Shown in pieces: positions 61,626 to 64,000 of a stretch of DNA of 64,000 nt. Within the stretch, counting starts at the first letter, position 1; the number at the start of each line of letters is the position of its first letter. Both the position numbers and the translations under genes were made by a program. The DNA comes from Torpedo marmorata. Lineage: Eukaryota. Below the pieces are notes generated by a model. The model made no database searches. It was not told where the DNA came from and saw only the letters and a program-made list of their open reading frames with translations. Location: the NCBI GenBank assembly GCA_977017645.1, contig OZ360245.1, positions 45,694,001-45,758,000 on the forward strand, read 5' to 3'.

Positions 61626-63618
61626 AGAATCCTGAATGAACCTCGCAATGGTAAAGTTATGTTGCCTTTGCTCTGTACTAACTGATCTCACCCTGTAATT
61701 CTGCACTTCTGTTTTACGTGCTGTACTACGTATGTCTAGGTGGACTGCTCGCAACATAAATTTTCTCCCTGCACCTTGGTACATCTGACAATAAACAAAT
61801 TTGATGCACACTGATATTGTGTCTGCTGTTGGTTAAGACTGTGGCCAGTAATTGACAATGTTATAGCTGACTTGGAGCAATTTGGTAGAGGCATGGCTAG
61901 TTCTGAAGTATGTGCTGTCAACACCTCTGCTGAGTTGCCAAAGTCTATGGTCTACTGTATCCAGTGCAGCCAGCAGTTTCTTACCATTGCGTGGATATGG
62001 TCGATTGGCTGGTTTCAGTGACGGCCAGGATGGATCAGATCCTGAGCGAAAGATGGTTGCAAGTACCTGGCTTTGGCTTTTGCGTTCAAACATTGGCCTT
62101 TGCTTGGAATGTTTCTGCCTTTCAGCATTGATGTAATTCTGGGTCGTAACTTGGCCAAGAGTGCATGATATTGTTTGGAAAGTGAGTTGAAAAACTGAAG
62201 AAATTGTGATCATTTGCTGTACTGCGCAGGTGCTGTTCAGCTCTTTCAGCCACATAACTATCTGCTGGCGTGCACTTGGGTCAATTAAATCTGAATTGTT
62301 GGACATATACTCACTGTTGTCGGGATCTGACATCTGCAGGATTATGATAGCTGCCAATATCAAATATACCAGATTTGAGTGTGAGACACTTGACTTTGTT
62401 GTGGGGAAGAAATAATCCTGAGAAAAATATCTTTCTATCATTTTACGTTTAAGTATTAAATCTTTCACCATTTCCCAATATTCCCATTAGATATACCAAA
62501 CTAACCACCTTAAAATGTACGGAGTTGAATCTTTCAACGGAATTTCTCAAGACACAGATCTTTCTGGAAATGACCTTTGCACGTAAATGGAATGTTTAAT
62601 TCCTCCCTTCATTCACTAATATAGAAGAAGGATTTGGTAAAGAGTTGGTGTGGAGAAAGAAAAGAGTATGAAACTAGCAAAGAATAAGAATAGTTGTGTA
62701 CAGGAAGCTTACTGTGAGTGGTGCCATTCACATTGACTGAGAATTGATTTTCAGATGGTAATACATCACATATTCAAATGACTGGGATGTAGTATGATGA
62801 CAAATGTATTTTTCTCCATCTCAATATCACTTTAAAAGATTTTACTTCATTCATCGCACCCCCTTTTCCTTTTCTAAATAGTCATTGTTACAACTCTCTC
62901 ACAAGCTAAACCCATTACCACCTAGAGATTCTCCTTTCTCATGCCATCTCTCCTTCACTTTGATTTATTTCTCACCTTGTACCTCTCCCTAAACCTGTGC
63001 ACCCCTTCTCTTGGCCACTGCCCTTGTGTTGTCATACCAATTGCGTAAAGTAATACTGTCAATAGAGGAGGCTACTATCTCCGATTAAATAATGGAAAGA
63101 ATGAAATAATTAACTTCAGCCTCTGCCACAAACTCTGTATTCTCTCCCTGGCCACTCTCAGGCTTGATCCATCCCTTCTCAATCATTGTGTTTCAACGTG
63201 AGCTGAGCTCTCTGTCCTCCCCTTTAGAAAGGCAATCTGCAAAACTTTCATAATATTGGGTGTGAACTTATTGGGAAATCATGCTGGTTCTGCACGGCCT
63301 CCATAAATGCTGGGAGGTTTGGGATTTTTGCACAAATGCAGATGCCTTGAATTTGGTGGCCAAGCTCAGCCAGTAATTTCCCAGCTGTTGGGTTCCATGA
63401 GTCCAGTGGCAGAGCGTGAATTTGCTAGAGTTTCTCATCAAATATCTATGGAATTTGCCTGCCAGTGGTGCAGAAACAGCAAGACCATCCATTGTAACGG
63501 AAAGGATGGTTAGAAGGAAGAAGGGTAAATATGAAGTTTTATTTTATTTGAGCTTGCTTTAATGTACTGTCAGATCTAGAAAGGCTAACTCTATAGTTGG
63601 CACATGCATAAATTTGAG

Positions 63619-64000
63619 ATCAGAATCAGAATTTATTGTCATGAACATGTCACGAAATTCGTTTTGCAGCAGCATCACTGAAAACATTTATATAAACCAC
63701 CTTACAAAATAAATAAAAATAGTGCAAGAAAAATTCAAAGTAAGGCAGTGTCTGTGGTTCATTATTCATTCAGGAATCTGATGGCAGAGGGGAAGAAGCT
63801 GACCTTGTGCCGTTGAGTGCGCGTCTTCAGGCTCCTGTACCTTTTTCCCACTGGTAGCAGAGTGAAGAGGGCATGGCATGGGTGGTGGGGGTATTTGAGG
63901 ATAGCGGCTGCTTTCTTAAGACACCGCCTCTTGTAGATGTCCTCGATGGAGTGAAGTCTGGTGCCCGTGATGTCGCAGGCCGAGTTAACAACCCTCTGGA
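63619..64000 (-). mobile_element. Rex1/Babar-like LINE 3' end, cut by window edge
   Basis: Same family as 32276-33680; TCAGAATCAGAATTTATTGTC tail. Confidence 0.92.

Larger units (their letters stand above)
54340..63545 (-). pseudogene. Candidate decayed nested antisense multi-exon gene (signal peptide + FN3-like modules)
   Basis: Minus-strand AG acceptors precede non-repeat coding-like blocks starting at 62333, 60843, 58915, 58074, 57168, 56340 and 55806. A hydrophobic leader lies at ~63540. FN3-like motifs, stops and frameshifts are present. Identified by eye only. Confidence 0.4.

Noticed and set aside
61258-64000. MKS1 exon 16 onward (GERLSRFG...)
   Set aside because: No matching sequence seen; presumably downstream of the window rather than lost.

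Overview
Eukaryotic (vertebrate) genomic DNA. The repeat content (V-SINE/HE1-like SINEs, CR1, Rex1/Babar-like LINEs, Penelope-like fragments) points to a cartilaginous fish, probably a ray or shark. Two spliced protein-coding genes lie on the + strand: the last four coding exons of BCL7B (7314-17947) and coding exons 1-15 of the ciliary transition-zone gene MKS1 (23210-61257; the rest lies beyond the window). MKS1 has an RFX X-box promoter, a GC-AG intron and a 3.2-kb G-rich 28-bp minisatellite in intron 1. A disabled Ty3/Gypsy LTR retrotransposon fills 1-4328, and the introns hold many nested LINEs, SINEs and TA-flanked DNA transposons. The most unusual signal is a series of minus-strand, splice-site-bounded, coding-like segments in MKS1 introns 12-15 (about 54.3-63.5 kb). 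They look like a decayed nested antisense gene with a signal peptide and FN3-like modules; this is a by-eye inference that needs homology searches. Gene identities come from recalled human protein sequences, not database searches, and most repeat boundaries are approximate.
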